From the human T2T-CHM13v2.0 reference genome, Homo sapiens: DNA of 64,000 nt. The stretch is taken from NCBI RefSeq assembly GCF_009914755.1, contig NC_060947.1. One strand, written 5' to 3'. Both the position numbers and the translations under genes were made by a program. Of the stretch, positions 33,921 through 52,392 are shown one piece after another. The notes below the pieces were generated by a model that made no database searches, was not told the DNA's origin, and was given only the letters and a program-made list of their open reading frames with translations. Position 1 is the first letter of the stretch; the number at the start of each line of letters is the position of its first letter.

Positions 33921-36900
33921 CCCACTGTCACCACTATTATTTAACATAGTACTGGAAGTCCTAGCTGCAGCAATTAGACAAGGGAAAGACATAAATGGCC
34001 TCCAAATTAGAAAGGAAGAAGTCAAATTATCCTTGTTTACAGGTGATGTAATCTTGTATTTGGCAAAACCTAAAGACTCCACAAGAAAGCTGTTAGAACT
34101 AATAAATTCAGTAATGTTGCAGGATACAAAACCAACATACAAAAATCAGTAGCATTTTCATATGCCAATAGTGAATAATATGAAAAAATGTAATTTCATT
34201 TACAATAGCCATACATAAAATTGGATACCTAGAAATTAACTTAACCAAAGAAATGAAAGATCTCTATAATGAAAACTATAAAGCACTGATGAAAAAAACT
34301 GAAGAGGAAAAGAAAAAAAAAATTGAAGAGAAGACCAAAAAATGGAAAAATAACCCATGTACATGGATTGGAAGAATGACTATTGTTAAAATGTCCATAG
34401 TATCAAAACCAATCTACATGTTCAATGCAATCCTTATCAATGTATCAGTGACATTCTTCACAGAAATAGAAAAACAACTTTAAATTTATATGGAACCACA
34501 AAATATCCAGAGCAGCCAAAGCTATCCAAATTAAAAAGAAAAAAACCTGGAGGAGTCACATTACCTGGCTGCAAATTACACTGCAGAGCTATAGGAACTG
34601 AAACAGCATAGTACTGGCATAAAACAGACACATAGGCCAATGGAACAGAATAGAGAAGACAGAAAAAAATACACACAACTACAGTGAACTCATTTTTGAC
34701 AAAATTGCTAAGAAGATCCACTGGGGGAAAAGACAGCTTCTTCAATAAATGATACTAGAAAAACGGGATATTCATATTCAGAAAAATTAAACTGGACCCC
34801 TCTCTCTCACCTCATACAAAAGTCAAATTAAAGTGAATTAAAGACTTCCATCTAACACCTCAAACTATAAAAGTACTACAAGAAAACTTTGGGGAAAATC
34901 TCCAATTCATTGATCTGGGCAAAAATATATTAAACAATACCCCATAAGCACAGGCAACCAAGCAGAAATGGACAAATGGAATCACATCAGGTTAAAAAGC
35001 TTCTGCACTGTAAAGGATACAATCAACAAAGTGAAGAGAAAACTCATAGAATGGGAAAAATATTTGCAAACTGCTCATCTGACAAGGGATTAATAACCAG
35101 GATATATAGAGAGTTCAAAAAGCTCTGTAGGAAGAAAATCTAGTAAGCTGAACAAAAATTGGGCAAAAGATTTGAATAGACCTTTCTCAAAAGAAGACAT
35201 ACAAATGGCCAAGGTGCTCAAAACCAGTGATCATCAGAGAAATGCAAATCAAAGCTGCAATGAGATATCATTGCACCCCAGTTAAAATGGCTTATGTCCA
35301 AAAAGTGGGCAATGATACATGCTGGTGAGAATGTGGGGAAAAAGTAACCCTTGGACAATGTTGGTGGGAATGTAAATTACTACAACCGCTATGGAAAACA
35401 GATTCCTCAAAACACTATAAACTGAGCTACCATGTGATCCAGCTATTTCTCTGCTGGGTATATACCCAGAAGTAAGGAAATCAGTATATTGAAGAGATAT
35501 CTGCACTCCTGTGTTTGTTGCAGCACTATTTACAATAGCTAAGCTTGGGAAGCAACCTACATGTCTATCAAGAGATGAATGGACAAAGAAAATGTGGTAC
35601 ATATACACAATGGGGTACTCTTGAGCCATAAAAGAATATAAGTGAATAAGTAATAAATGAATAAGCGGATAAGAGAATAAGCGAAATAATCCAGGCACAG
35701 AAAGATAAATATCACATGTTCTCACTTAAATATGGGATCTGAAAATAAAAACAATTGAATTCATGAACAGAGAGAGTTGAAGGGTGGTTACTGGAGGCTG
35801 GGAAAGGTAGTGGGGGCTGAGGGAGATGGGAATGGTTAATAGAAAATGGAAATAGAAAGTTAATAGAAAATAAAAAATAGAAAGAATGAATAATACCTAC
35901 TTTGTGGTATCTCAACAGGGTGACTATAGTCAACAATATTTAATTGTACATTTTAAAATAACTTAAGGTATGTAATAGGATTGTTCAAAACACAATGGAT
36001 AAGTGCTTGAGGGGATGGATACCCCATTCTCCATGATGTGCTTGTTTCATATTGCATCTTTGTATGAAAACATCTTATGTACCCCATAAATATATACACC
36101 TGTCTATCCTTATAAATAAATAAATAAAAATAAATAAATAAACTAGGAGAAGAACAAATTCTACCTAATTAAAGGTGATGGAAAATAATAAGGATAAAGG
36201 CAGAAATTAATTAAAGAGAAAGAAAACATTTAATAGAGTAAGAGTACAAGCTTAAATTTAGTTCTTTGGAAAGACTAATATAATTAATTAACTCTTGGCA
36301 AAACTGATCAAGACAAAAAAAGATAAGACACAAATTGCCAACATCTTGGGTGAAAAGAGGGATACCACTGAGATTCTACAGATATTAAAAAGATAAGAGA
36401 TTGATTTAATCTTATGACAATAAATTCAATTTTAGATAAAATAGAAAACTTCCTTAAAAAACACAATTTACCAAAACTATCACAAGAAGTATAACATTTG
36501 AATAATATTATATCTATTAAAGAAATCAAATTTGTAATTAAAAACTTTCCCACAAAGAATAGTTTAGCCTCAGATGATAGTAAATTTCTTCAAATATTTA
36601 AGAGAGAAATAACATCCATGTCACACAAATTCTTCCAGAGGATAGAAAAGGAAGGAATGTTTCTGAACTCATTTTATGTGATTATAATAACACTTATGAG
36701 AAAATCTGACAAGGACATAATAAGAAAATTAAAGGCCAATCTCCTTAGTGGACATAAATAAAAATTTTTATTATTTATTATAAAATTGAATCCAGTAATA
36801 AAATGAACAATCGTCATGATCAAGTTTGGTTTCTTCTATGAATTCAAAAGTGATATGATATTTTTGAAAATAATTTAATTATTATATCAAAGTTTTGATA

Positions 36901-36967
36901 GCGTTAGTTTCATGAGTGCTCTCTCATCCTATGGTATATTTAAAGTATTTTTTAAGAAAACACCTTA

Positions 36968-37390
<423 letters not shown>

Positions 37391-38102
37391 TTATTTTGGT
37401 CCTCCTTAATTTCTCTCAATAATGTCTGATAGTTTCCTGTATAGGACTCTTGCACATGTTTTGTTAGATTTGTTTTTAGGTATTTGATGCTATCATAAAA
37501 AGTATCTTTTTTTTCTCAAATTTTAATACTGATTGATTTTTGTGTATTGAACTTGTATCCAGTGAACTTTCCTAATACACTTACTATTTTTAACAGATGT
37601 GTATAGATTATTTTAATCTTTTCAATACATAACAGTGTCATAAGCAAATAATAAATCTCTTATTTTTTCACTTCTAATCCTTTTACCTTTTATTTATTTT
37701 TTTTTACTCTATTTCACTGGTTAGGACTTTCATTACAGTGTTGAATGTAAGTGACAACAACAGGTGTTCTTGTTTTATTGCCACTCTAAGGAGGAAAACT
37801 TTTAGTATTTCACCACTAAATATGACGTTTGCTATAAGGTTTTGTTTCATATGCTAAGGACGTGTTCTTCTATTCCTGGTTTGCTAGAAATGTTTTTCTT
37901 ATTACAAACTGGTATAGAATTTTAAACTTCATCCTAACTCATTTATTGAGACTATCATAGACTTTTTCTAATTTATACCTCTTTTCTCACTTTTCCTTGA
38001 TGTTTATCCATTCAAATAATTGATGATAAATTGATTTTTCTTGACAAAAGTTAATTTTTTATTATTATAATGAATGCAATATTTATTAAGCTCATATTAA
38101 GG

Positions 38103-38241
38103 TTTTTTGTTTGTGTGTTTTTTGTAGAGATAGGGTTTCACCACGTTGGCCAGGTTGGCGTTGAACTCCTGGCCACTAGTACTCAGCCCGCCTTGGCCTA
38201 CCAAAATGCTGGGATTACAGGCATGAGCCACCACACGCAGC
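38103..38241 (-). mobile_element. Left-arm Alu monomer (FLAM_C-like)
   Basis: Left arm plus A-rich tail, flanked on both sides by atattaaggt (TSD). Confidence 0.8.
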
Positions 38242-38507
38242 AATATTAAGGTATTTTCTTAAAAAATGTTAAATGTACCATAGGAAGAGAGAGTACTCAT
38301 AAAATTAAAACTATCAGAACTTTGATATAATAAATAATTTTGAAAAATATCATGTCACCTTTGAATTCATAGAGTAAACCAAACTTGATGATAACAATTG
38401 TTTATTTTATCACTGGATTCAAATTTATAATATATAATAAAATTTTTATTTTTGTTCATTAGGGAGATTGGCCTTTAAATTTTTTTTTTGAATTCAATGA
38501 TTTATTT

Positions 38508-38542
<35 letters not shown>

Positions 38543-38749
38543 TTATTATACTTTAAGTTTTAGGGTACATGTGCACAATCTGCAGGTTAGTCACATACGT
38601 ATACATGTGCCATGCTGGTGCGCTGCACCCACTAACTCATCATCTAGCATTAGGTATATCTCCCAATCGTATCCCTCCCCCATCCCCCGACCCCACAACA
38701 GTCCCCAGAGTGTGATGTCCCCCTTCCTGTGTCCATGTGTTCTCATTGT

Positions 38750-42603
<3,854 letters not shown>

Positions 42604-42639
42604 TTAGTTGATGCAGTTTCTTCCTAGTCTCGATGGTCT

Positions 42640-43656
42640 TTACATTTTGGCATGATTTTGCAGCGGCTGGTACCGGTTGTTCCTTTCCATGTTTAGCACT
42701 TCCTTCAGGAGCTCTTTTAGGGCAGGCCTGGTGGTGACAAAATCTCTCAGCATTTGCTTGTCTGTAAAGGATTTTATTTCTTCTTCACTTATGAAGCTTC
42801 GTTTGGCTGGATATGAAATTCTGGCTTGAAAATTCTTTTCTTTAAGAATGTTGAATATTGGCCCCCACTCTCTCCTGGCTTGTAGAGTTTCGGCCGAGAG
42901 ATCACCTGTTAGTCTGATGGGCTTCCCTTTGAGGGTAACCCGACCTTTCTCTCTGGCTGTCCTTAACATTTTTTCCTTCATTTCAACTTTGGTGTATCTG
43001 ACAATTATGTGTCTTGGAGTTGCTCTTCTCGAGGAGTATCTTTATGGCGTTCTCTGTATTTCCTGAATCTGAATGTTGGCCTGCCTTGGTAGATTGGGGA
43101 AGTTCTCCAGGGTAATATCTTGCAGAGTGTTTTCCAACTTGGTTCCCTTCTCCCCGTCACTTTCAGGTACACCCATCAGACGTAGATTTGGTCTTTTCAC
43201 ATAGTCCCATATTTCTTGGATGCTTTGCTCATTTCTTTTTATTCTTTTTTCTCTAAACTTCCCTTCTCACTTCATTTCATTCATTTCATCTTCCATCGCT
43301 GATACCCTTTCTTCCAGTTGATTGCATCGGCTCCTGAGGCTTCTGCATTCTTCACGTAGTTCTCGAGCCTTGGTTTTCAGCTCCATCAGCTGCTTTAAGC
43401 ACTTCTCTGTATTGGTTATTCTAGTTATACATTCTTCTAAATTTTTTTCAAAGTTTTCAACTTCTTTGCCTTTGGTTTGAATGTCCTCCCATAGCTCGGA
43501 GTAATTTGATCATCTGAAACCTTCTTCTCTCAGCTCGTCAAAGTCATTCTCCATCCAGCTTTGTTCTGTTGCTGGTGAGGAACTGCGTTCCTTTGGAGGA
43601 GGAGAGTCGCTCTGCTTTTTACAGTTTCCAGTTTTTCTGCCCTGTTTTTCCCCCAT
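42640..43656 (-). pseudogene. L1 ORF1, disrupted by nonsense codons
   Basis: ATG at 43656 to TAA at 42640 is 1017 nt (consensus length). CGA>TGA stops at 43510-43512 and 43267-43269. C-terminus ...QPLQNHAKM. Confidence 0.9.
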
Positions 43657-44569
43657 CTTTGTGGTTTTATCTACTTTTGGTCTTTGATGATGGTGATGTA
43701 CAGATGGGTTTTTGGTGTGGATGTCCTTTCTGTTTGTTAGTTTTCCTTCTAACAGACAGGACCCTCAGCTGAGGTCTGTTGGAGTACCCGGCCGTGTGAG
43801 GTGTCAGTCTGCCCCTGCTGGGGGGTGCCTCCCAGTTAGGCTGCTCAGGGGTCAGGGGTCAGGGACCCACTTGAGGAGGCAGGCTGCCCCTTCTCAGATC
43901 TCCAGCTGCATGCTGGGAGAACCACTGCTCTCTTCAAAGCTATCAGACAGGGACATTTAAGTCTGCAGAGGTTACTGCTGTCTTTTTGTTTGTCTGTGCC
44001 CTGCCCCCAGAGGTGGAGCCTACAGAGGCAGGCAGGCCTCCTTGAGCTGTGGTGGGCTCCACCCATTTCAAGCTTCCCGGCTGCTTTGCTTACCTAAGCA
44101 AGCCTGGGCAATGGCAGGCGCCCCTCCCCCAGCCTCGCTGCCGCCTTGCAGTTTGATCTCAGATTGCTGTGCTAGCAATCAGTGAGACTCCGTGGTTGTA
44201 GGACCCTCTGAGCCAGGTGCGGGATATAATCTCGTGGTGCACCATTTTTTAAGCCTGTTGGAAAAGCGCAGTATTCGGGTGGGAGTGACCCGATTTTCCA
44301 GGTGCCGTCTGTCACCCTTTTCTTTGACTAGGAAAGGGAACTCCCTGACCCCTTGTGCTTCCCAAGTGAGGCAATGCCTCGTCCTGCTTCGGCTCGCGCA
44401 CGGTGTGCGCACCCACTGACCTGTGCCCACTGTCTGGCACTCCCTAGTGAGATGAAGCCGGTACCTCAGATGGAAATGCAGAAATCACCCATCTTCTGCA
44501 TCGCTCACGCTGGGAGCTGTAGACCGGAGCTGTTCCTATTCGGCCATCTTGGCTCCTCCCTCTATTTAA

Positions 44570-47500
44570 AAAAAAAAACAGTTTTTTTTCATTTCTATTT
44601 TGTATTTTGTTGTTGTTGTTTTAATTTCATTTAGTTCTTCTCTGATCTTCATTATTTCTTTTCTTCTGCTGGGTTTGGGTTTGGATTGTTCTTGTTTCTC
44701 CAGTTCCATAAGGTGTGACCTTAGATTGTCTATTTGCACTCTTTCAGACATTTAGATATAGGCATTTAATGCTATGAACTTTCTTTTTAACACTACTTTC
44801 GCTGTATCCCAGAGTCTTTGATAGGGTGTGTTGCTATTATCATTCAGTTCAAAGAATGTTTTAATTTTTATCTTGATTTCATTGTTGATCCAATGATCAT
44901 TCAGGAGCAGGTTATTTAATTGCCATGTGTTTGCATGTGTTAGAGGCTTCCTTTTGGAGTTGATTTTCAATTTTATCTCACTGTGGTCTGAGAGAGTACT
45001 CGATATAATTTTGATTTTCTGAAATTTACTGAGACATGTTTTGTGTCCTATCATATGGTCTATCTTGGAGAATGTTCCGTGTGCTGATGAATAGAATGTA
45101 TATTCTGTAGATGTTTGGTAGAACGTTCTATAAATATCTGTTAAGTCCATTTGTTGTAGGGCATAGTTTAAGTCCATTGTTTCTTTGTTGACTTTCTGTC
45201 TTGATTACCTGTCTAGTGCTGTCAGTGGAGTATTAAAGTCCTACACTTTTGCTGTGTTGCCATCTATCTCATTTCTTGGGTCTACTATTAAGTGTTTTAT
45301 GAATTTGGGAGCTCCAGTGTTGGGTGCATATATATTTAAAATTATGACATTTTCCTGTTGAATGAGTTGTTTTATCATTATATAATGTCCTTCTTTGTCT
45401 TTTTAAACTGCTGTTGCTTTAAAGTTAGTTTTGTCTGATATAAGAATAGCTACTCCTGCTCACTTTTGGTGTCCACTTGCATGGAATACCTTTTTCCATC
45501 CCTTCACCTTAAGTTTATATGAGTCCTTACGTGTTAGGTCAGTCTCCTGAGGACAGCAGAAACTTGGTTGACAAATTCTTATCCATTCTGTCATTCTGTA
45601 TCCTTTAAGCGAAGCATTTAGGCTATTTACATTCAATGTTAGTATTGAGATGTGAGGTCCTCTTCTATTCATTCTGCTATTTGTTGCCTGAATACCTTGG
45701 TTTCTTTTTCACTGTGCTATTGTTATATAGGGCCTATGCAATTCATGCTTTAAAGAGGTTCTATTTTGGTGTATTTTGAGGATTTATTTCAAGATTTAGA
45801 GCTCCTTTTAGCAATTCTTGTAGTGCTGGCTTGGTTGTGGTGAATTAATTCTCTCAGCATTTGTTTGTCTGGAAGAGACTGTAACTTTCCTTCATTTATG
45901 AAGCTTAGTTTTGCTGGATACAAAATTCTTGGCTGATAATTGTTTAGTTTAAGGAGGCTAAAAATAGGACCCCATCCATTTTAGCCTGAAGGTTTTCTGC
46001 TGAGAAATCTGCTGTTATTCTGATGGGTTTTCGTTTAGAGGTTACCTAATACTTTTGCCTCACAGCTCTTAAAATTCTTTCCTTCATCTTGACTTTAGAT
46101 AACCTGATGACTACGTGCATAAGTGATGATCTTTTTGTGATAAATTTCTCAGGTGTTCCTTGAGCTTTTTGTATTTGGATGTCTAGGTCTCTAGCAAAGC
46201 TGGGGGAAATTTTCCTTGATTATTCCCTTAAATATGTTTTACACTTTTAGATTTCTCTTCTTCATCAGGAACACCAATTATTCTTAGGTTTGGACGTTTA
46301 ACATAGTCCCAAAGTTTTTGGAGGCTTTGTTCATTTTTAAATTTTTTTTTCGGTCATTGATGGATTGAGTTAATTTGAAAGCCTTGTCTTTGAGCTCTGA
46401 CCTTCTTTTTTCTGCTTGTTCAACTCTATTGCTGAGACTCTTCAGTTCATTTTGCATTTCTCTAAATGCATCCTTGATTTCCAGAAGTTGTGATTGTTTT
46501 TTCTTTATGCGATCTATTTCACTGAAGTATTTTTCTTTCATATCCTGTATTATGTTTTTCATTTCTTTAAGTTGGACTTCACCTTTCTCTGGTGCCTCCT
46601 TGATTAGCTTAATAATCAACCTTCTGAGTTATTTTTCTGGCAATTCAGATATTTCATCTTGGTTTGGATCCATTGCTGGTGAGCTGGTATGATCTTTTGG
46701 AGTTGTTAAAAAACCTTGTTTTGTCATATTATCAGAATTGTTTTTCTGGTTCCTTCTCATTTGGGTAGACTATGTTAGAGGGAAAATCTGGGATTCAAGG
46801 GCTGCAGTTCAGATTCTTTTGCCCCATGGGGTGCTCCCTGGATGTGATGTTCTTCTTCTTTCCCTAGGAATGGGGCTTCCTGAGAGTTGATCTGTAGTGA
46901 CTGTTTTTGATCTTCTGGGTCTAGACACTCAGCAGAGTTACTAGGATTTGAGCTGGTGCTGGAGAGTATCTGCAAAGACTCCTGTGATGTGATCCATCTT
47001 CAGGTCTCTAAGCTGTGCATACCAGCACCTGCTGCAGTAGAGGTAACAGGGGAGTGAGGTAGACTGTGTGTGGGACCTTGGTTGTGTTTTTGTTCAGTGT
47101 GTTGGTTTTGGTTGTGTTGGTTGGCCTCTAGCCAGGAAGTGGCCTACTTTCAAGAGTGTATTAGTTGTGGTCCTATAGGGAGGATGTAAACTTGCTGTAG
47201 GGACACCTGCTTTAGTATTCACATTTCTCAGTTGGTGGCCAGGGCCATGGAGTTTGCAAGAGATTATGACCTTTTTCTTTGGCTACCAGGGCAGGCAGAG
47301 AAAGACCACCAGGTGGGGCCAGAGATAGGTATGTCTGAGCTCAGCCTCTCCTTGTACAGAGTTTGCTATGGCTGCTGTGGGGGATGGAGGTGTAATTCCC
47401 AGTGCAATGTAGTTATATTCCCAAGGGGGATTATTGTTGCCTCCGCTGAGTCATACAGGTTGCCAGGGAGTGGGGGAATACTGGCAGTCCCAGGCCTTAC

Positions 47501-47843
47501 CCTGCTCTCACACAGCCCACAGTCCCAAAGGCCAGTCTCACTCCCACTGTGCCCCTCCAACATCCTGAGTCTATTTCCAGGCAGCCAGTGACCAGGGCTG
47601 AGAACTAGCACCAGACCATGAGCTTCCCCATTGAGAAAGCAAGCAGACTCGCAGTTTTTTGCCATCTCATGGAGCTTGCAGTGGTGATTCAGTTCCTTCA
47701 AAGGGTCTGTGGATTCTCTTGGCTTTCCTGGTATATTTCTGTGACCGTTCTTGGAGCAAAAATTCACAGTGTAAGTCTCCACATGCTGTTCTGTGCATCT
47801 GAGCAGGAGCTGCAAGCTAGTCCTGCCTTCTGCCATCTTAATC
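44570..47843 (-). mobile_element. L1PB(a) 5' half (5'UTR, ORF1, ORF2 EN); 3' half missing
   Basis: 5' end gattaagatggcagaaggcaggactagcttgcagctcc. ORF2 start MNRRGPHISILTLNVNSLN. Breaks off near the WFFE motif. Confidence 0.82.
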
Positions 47844-50800
47844 TAGATAATGTGGATTTTGTCTTTAGTTTTGTTTATGTGATGAATCATATTTATTGAT
47901 TTGCATATGTGGAACCAGCCTCGAATCTCAGATATAAAGCCTACTTGATCATGGCGGATAAGCTTTTTGGTGTGATGCTTGATTTGGTTTGCCGGTATTG
48001 TGTTGAGGATTCTTGTATCGATGTTCATCGAGGATATTGGCCTGAAGTTTTCTTTTTTTTTGTTTTGTCTCTGCCATGTCTCTGCCATGTTTTGGTATAA
48101 GGATGATGCTGACCTCACAGAATAAGTTGAGGAAGAGTCCCTCTTCTCAATTTTTTGGAAGAGTTTCTGTAGGAATGGTACCAGTTCTTCTTTGTACATC
48201 TGGTATAATTCAGCTGTGAATCTCTCTGGTCCTTTTTTTGGTTGATAATCTATTTATTACTGATTCAATGTCAAAGCTTGTTGGTCTGTGCAATGATTCA
48301 ATTTCTTCCTGGTTCAGTCTTGGAAGGGTGTGTGTGTCCAGGAGTTTATCCATTTCTTCTAGATTTTCTAGTTTGTGTGCACAGAGGTGTTCATAAGAGT
48401 CTCTGATGGTTATTTATATTTCTATGAATTCAGTATTAATATCTTCTTTGTTGTTTCTAATTGTTTATTTCAATTGTATCTCTTTTCTTTTTTATTATTA
48501 TAGTTAGTGGTCTATTTTATTTATTTGTTTTCAGAAAACAAACTCCTAGATTTGTTACTATTTTCAGTGGCTTTGCATGTTTCAATCTCCCTCAGTTCAG
48601 CTCTGATTTTGGTTATTTCTTGTCTTCTGCTTCTTTTGGGCTTGGTTTCCCCTTGGTTATCTGGTTCCTTTCGTTGGGATGTTAGGTTGTTACATTGAGA
48701 TATTTCTGCTTTTTGATGTGGGTGTCAAGTGCTATAAATTTGCCTCTTAACACTGCCTTAGCTGTGTCCCAGAGATTCTAGTATGTTGTATCTTTGTTTT
48801 CATTAGTTTCAAATAATTTCTTGGTTTATGCTTTAATTATTATTTAAATTACTTATTTAATTATTTACCCAAAAGTCATTCAGGAGCAGGTTATTTAATT
48901 TGAATAAAATTGTATGATTTTGAGCAATTTTCTTGGTCTTTATTTTCAATTTCATGGCCCTGTGGTCCAAGAGAGTATTTGGTATGATTTCAGTTCTTTT
49001 GTATTTGCTGAGGATTGTTTTATGTCTGATTATGTGGTAGATTTCAGAGTATGTGCCATTTGGTGATGACATTCTGTTGATTTTTGGTGGAGAGTTATGT
49101 AGGTGTCTATCGGGTCCATTTGATCCAGTGCTGCATTCAGAACCTAAATATCTCTGTCAATTTTCTGCCTTGATGATCTTTCTAACACTGTCAGTCAGTG
49201 GAGAGTTAAAGTCTCCCACTATTATTGTGTGGGAGTCTGTCTCTTTGAAGGGCTCTGAGCACTTGCTGTATGAATCTAGGTGATCCTGTGTTGGTTGCAT
49301 AAATATTTAGGATAGTTAGGTGTTCTTGTTGAGTTTGACCCTTTATCATTATGTAATGCTCTTTTTTGTCTTTTTTGATCTTTGTTGCTTTAAAGTCGAT
49401 TTTGTCTGAAATGAGGACAGCAATTCCTGCTTTTTTCTGTTTTTCATTTCCTAGGTAGATTTTTCTCTGTCACCTTAGTTTGAGCCTATGGGTGTCATCT
49501 CATGTGAGATGGGTCTCTTGAAGTCAATATACAATTGGTTCTTGGTTCTTTATCCAGCTTTCCACTCTGTGCCTGTTAATTAGGGCATTTGGCCCATTTA
49601 CATTCAAGGTTAATATTGATATATGTGGATTTGATCCTGCCATCATGATGTTAGCTGGTTATTATGCAAACTTGTTTGTGTGGTTGCTTTATAGTGTTAC
49701 TGGTCTGTGTACTTAAGTATGTTTTTGTATTGGCTGGTAATGGTGTTTCCTTATATTTAGTGCTCCTTTCAGGAGGTCTTGAAAGGCAGGTCTGGTGATA
49801 ATAACTTTCCTTAGGATTTGCTTGTGTGAAAATGATCTTATTTTTGCTTCACTTATGAAGTTTAGTTTGGCCTGATGTGAAATTCTTGGTTGGAATTTCT
49901 TTTCTTTAAAAATGCTGTATATAAGCCCCCAATCTCTTCTGGCTTGTAGGGTTTCTTCTGAAAGGTGTGCTGTTAGTCTGATGTGCTTCCTTTTGTAGGT
50001 AATGTGATCTGTCTCTCTGGCTGCCTTTAACATCTTTTTCTTTCATTTCAATACAGAGAACCCCTGCAAAATTGTATACGATGAGATCATCCCCAAATGG
50101 GGATGACAGCACTGAAATACATGCTACACTTCTATACAAGAAGATCATCCCTAAGTGGGGATGGTGGAGCTGAAAAGCACAAGTGAGGATGATCTCCTTG
50201 TATAGAATCTTGCAAGGGTTCTCTGTATTTCCTGAATTTGACCGTTGGCTTCTTTAACAAGTTTGGGGAAGTTTTAATGAACAATATCTCGAAATATGCT
50301 TTCCAAGTTGTTTGCTTTCTTTCTGTTCCTTTCAGGGATGCCAGTGATTCATAGATTTGGCTTCTTTACATAATCTCATATTTATTGGAGGTTTTATTTA
50401 TTGTTTTTCATGTTTTTGTCTTTATTTTTGTCTGGTTGTCTTATTTCAGAGAGCCAGTCTTCATGTTCTAAGATTCTTTCCTCAGCCTCGTATATTCTGC
50501 TGTTAAAATTTGTGATAGCATTGTGAAATTCCTGTAGTGTGTTTTTCAGGTCTATTAGGTCAGTTAGATTCTTTTTTATACTGCTTATTTTGCCTGTCAG
50601 CTCCTGTATTCTTTTATTGTGCTTCTTGGTGATGAGTGGGGGTTGGAGATTTCCAGGGAAGAGGGGCTAGACTCATCTTTGTATGGCGGTTGCTGTGTGC
50701 TGGAGGTGGCAGCATAGTGACTGGGTCCTTTGTTACTTCCCCAGTCTGAGGGTTGTTAGGTGGTACCCCTACAAGTGCAGTGGCATCAGGGTTGTGGGTT

Positions 50801-52392
50801 AACTCTGGGATTTTCTCCTCGGAGAAATACTGGGATGCCTCTGATTGAAGTAGTCAGGTGGGGGCAGGGTGGTTGTGCTGGAGTCCCAGGTTGGGCAGCT
50901 CTGGCCAGTGAGGAAAATCGAGGACTGGGGCCTGCATGGAGAAAAGCCCAGCGACTTTTCCTTGAGGTTGGTGCTTGGTGCTGGGAGTCCAGACCAGCCC
51001 CTGGTCCCTGCAGACTCTCCAGAGCCTGGAGACAGCAAGGGCAAGGGCTGCGGGACAGCAAATATGGCAACCCACGCCTTCCACTGGGACCTCTGACCCA
51101 GGGACTTGCAGAGCTGCTACTGGATCAGCCCTGGTGGGAGACTGCTGGAGATCCAGGTGAGGAGGACCCTCCCAGTGAGAAGATACAGGATTGGAGACCC
51201 TTGTAACAAACAGTCTGGCCACTTTTGCATAGGGCTGCTGCAGTATGCTGGAGGTCCGCTCCAGACCCTAATTACCTTGGCATTTCCATTATCTGTTGCC
51301 AGCCCAAATATACCAGCAAGAAGTCCTGGTTGGGAGGTCCCTCCCAGTGAGGAGGAATGGGATTAGGGGCCTATATAAGAAAGCATTCTGTCTGCTTTTC
51401 TGTAGAGCAGTTGTGCTGTGCTATGCTGGGGTTCCACTCCAGCCCCCGGTTGCCTCAGACTCTCCTAAGCCTGAAGGCAGCAATGACAAAGGCTGTGAAA
51501 TAGTGAAGATGGTGGCCCACCCTTCCCTCTGGGAGTTCCATCCCAGGGAGGCCTAGAGCTGCTGCTAGCCGGGAAATACCAGTTGGGGGGAGGTTGAAGA
51601 CCCCGGTGGGAAGATCTATCCCATTGAGCAGAAACAGGATCCGGGACCCACATAAAAAAGCAGTCTGGTCACTTTTTCATAGGGCAGCTGCACTGTGCTG
51701 GCTTCAGCCCCTAGCTGGCTCAGACTTTCTAAGGTCTAAAGCCAACAATGGCTAAGGCTGCAAAATAGCAAAGATGGTGGCCACCCGTCCCTCTGGGGGT
51801 TATGTCTCAGGGAGGTGTAATGCTACTACTGGTGGCTGGCTGTGGTTCCAAGCCAGTGGGATTTATCCTGCAAGGTACCATAGGAGCACGGCCTGCAGCT
51901 AGTCACTGCTCAGTCCCCGGGATTAAGCCCTTTTCCTGGGTTACCTATGGGGGGTCTAATCTGCTTCTTTGCTAGAGTTGCAGCTGCTTTGCTGGTGAGC
52001 CTGGGTATCTAAGACACCTGGGGCTCTATGGGTGCCTGAGCAGCTGTTCTGCCAAGACTCCATGTAGCTCTCTGCATGTGAGACTGCAGGCCTTGGTGGA
52101 GTGGGTACACGAGGGGATCTCCTGACCTGAGGGTTCCAAATATCCGTGGGGGAAATGTGGGTTCCTCGGGGTCCCTTACCCTCTCAGCACTTCCCTGGGT
52201 AGGAGAAGCCCCCCAACTCCATGTCATTCCCAGATGGGGGGTCATCCTGCCTTTTCTTTGTTTCCTTGATGAATTCCAATGCGTGTACCTGGATGTTTCA
52301 GTTGAAGGTGCTGCATTTACTTAGCCCTTCTATTTCTCTCCGTGAGTGCAGCACACATTAGTTGCTTCTAGTCGACTATCTTGGCCAGCCTC
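47844..52392 (-). mobile_element. L1PA15/16-type 5' two-thirds (repeat-containing 5'UTR, ORF1, ORF2 to RT); 3' part missing
   Basis: 5' end ggccaagatagtcgactagaagc. ORF1 remnant at 49713-50033. RT remnant [17 protein letters not shown]...KTKDKIHII. Confidence 0.8.

Noticed and set aside
50760-52250. Cluster of GC-rich ORFs and ~200-bp repeats
   Set aside because: This is the repeat-containing 5'UTR of the L1PA15/16 element; the ORFs are incidental.
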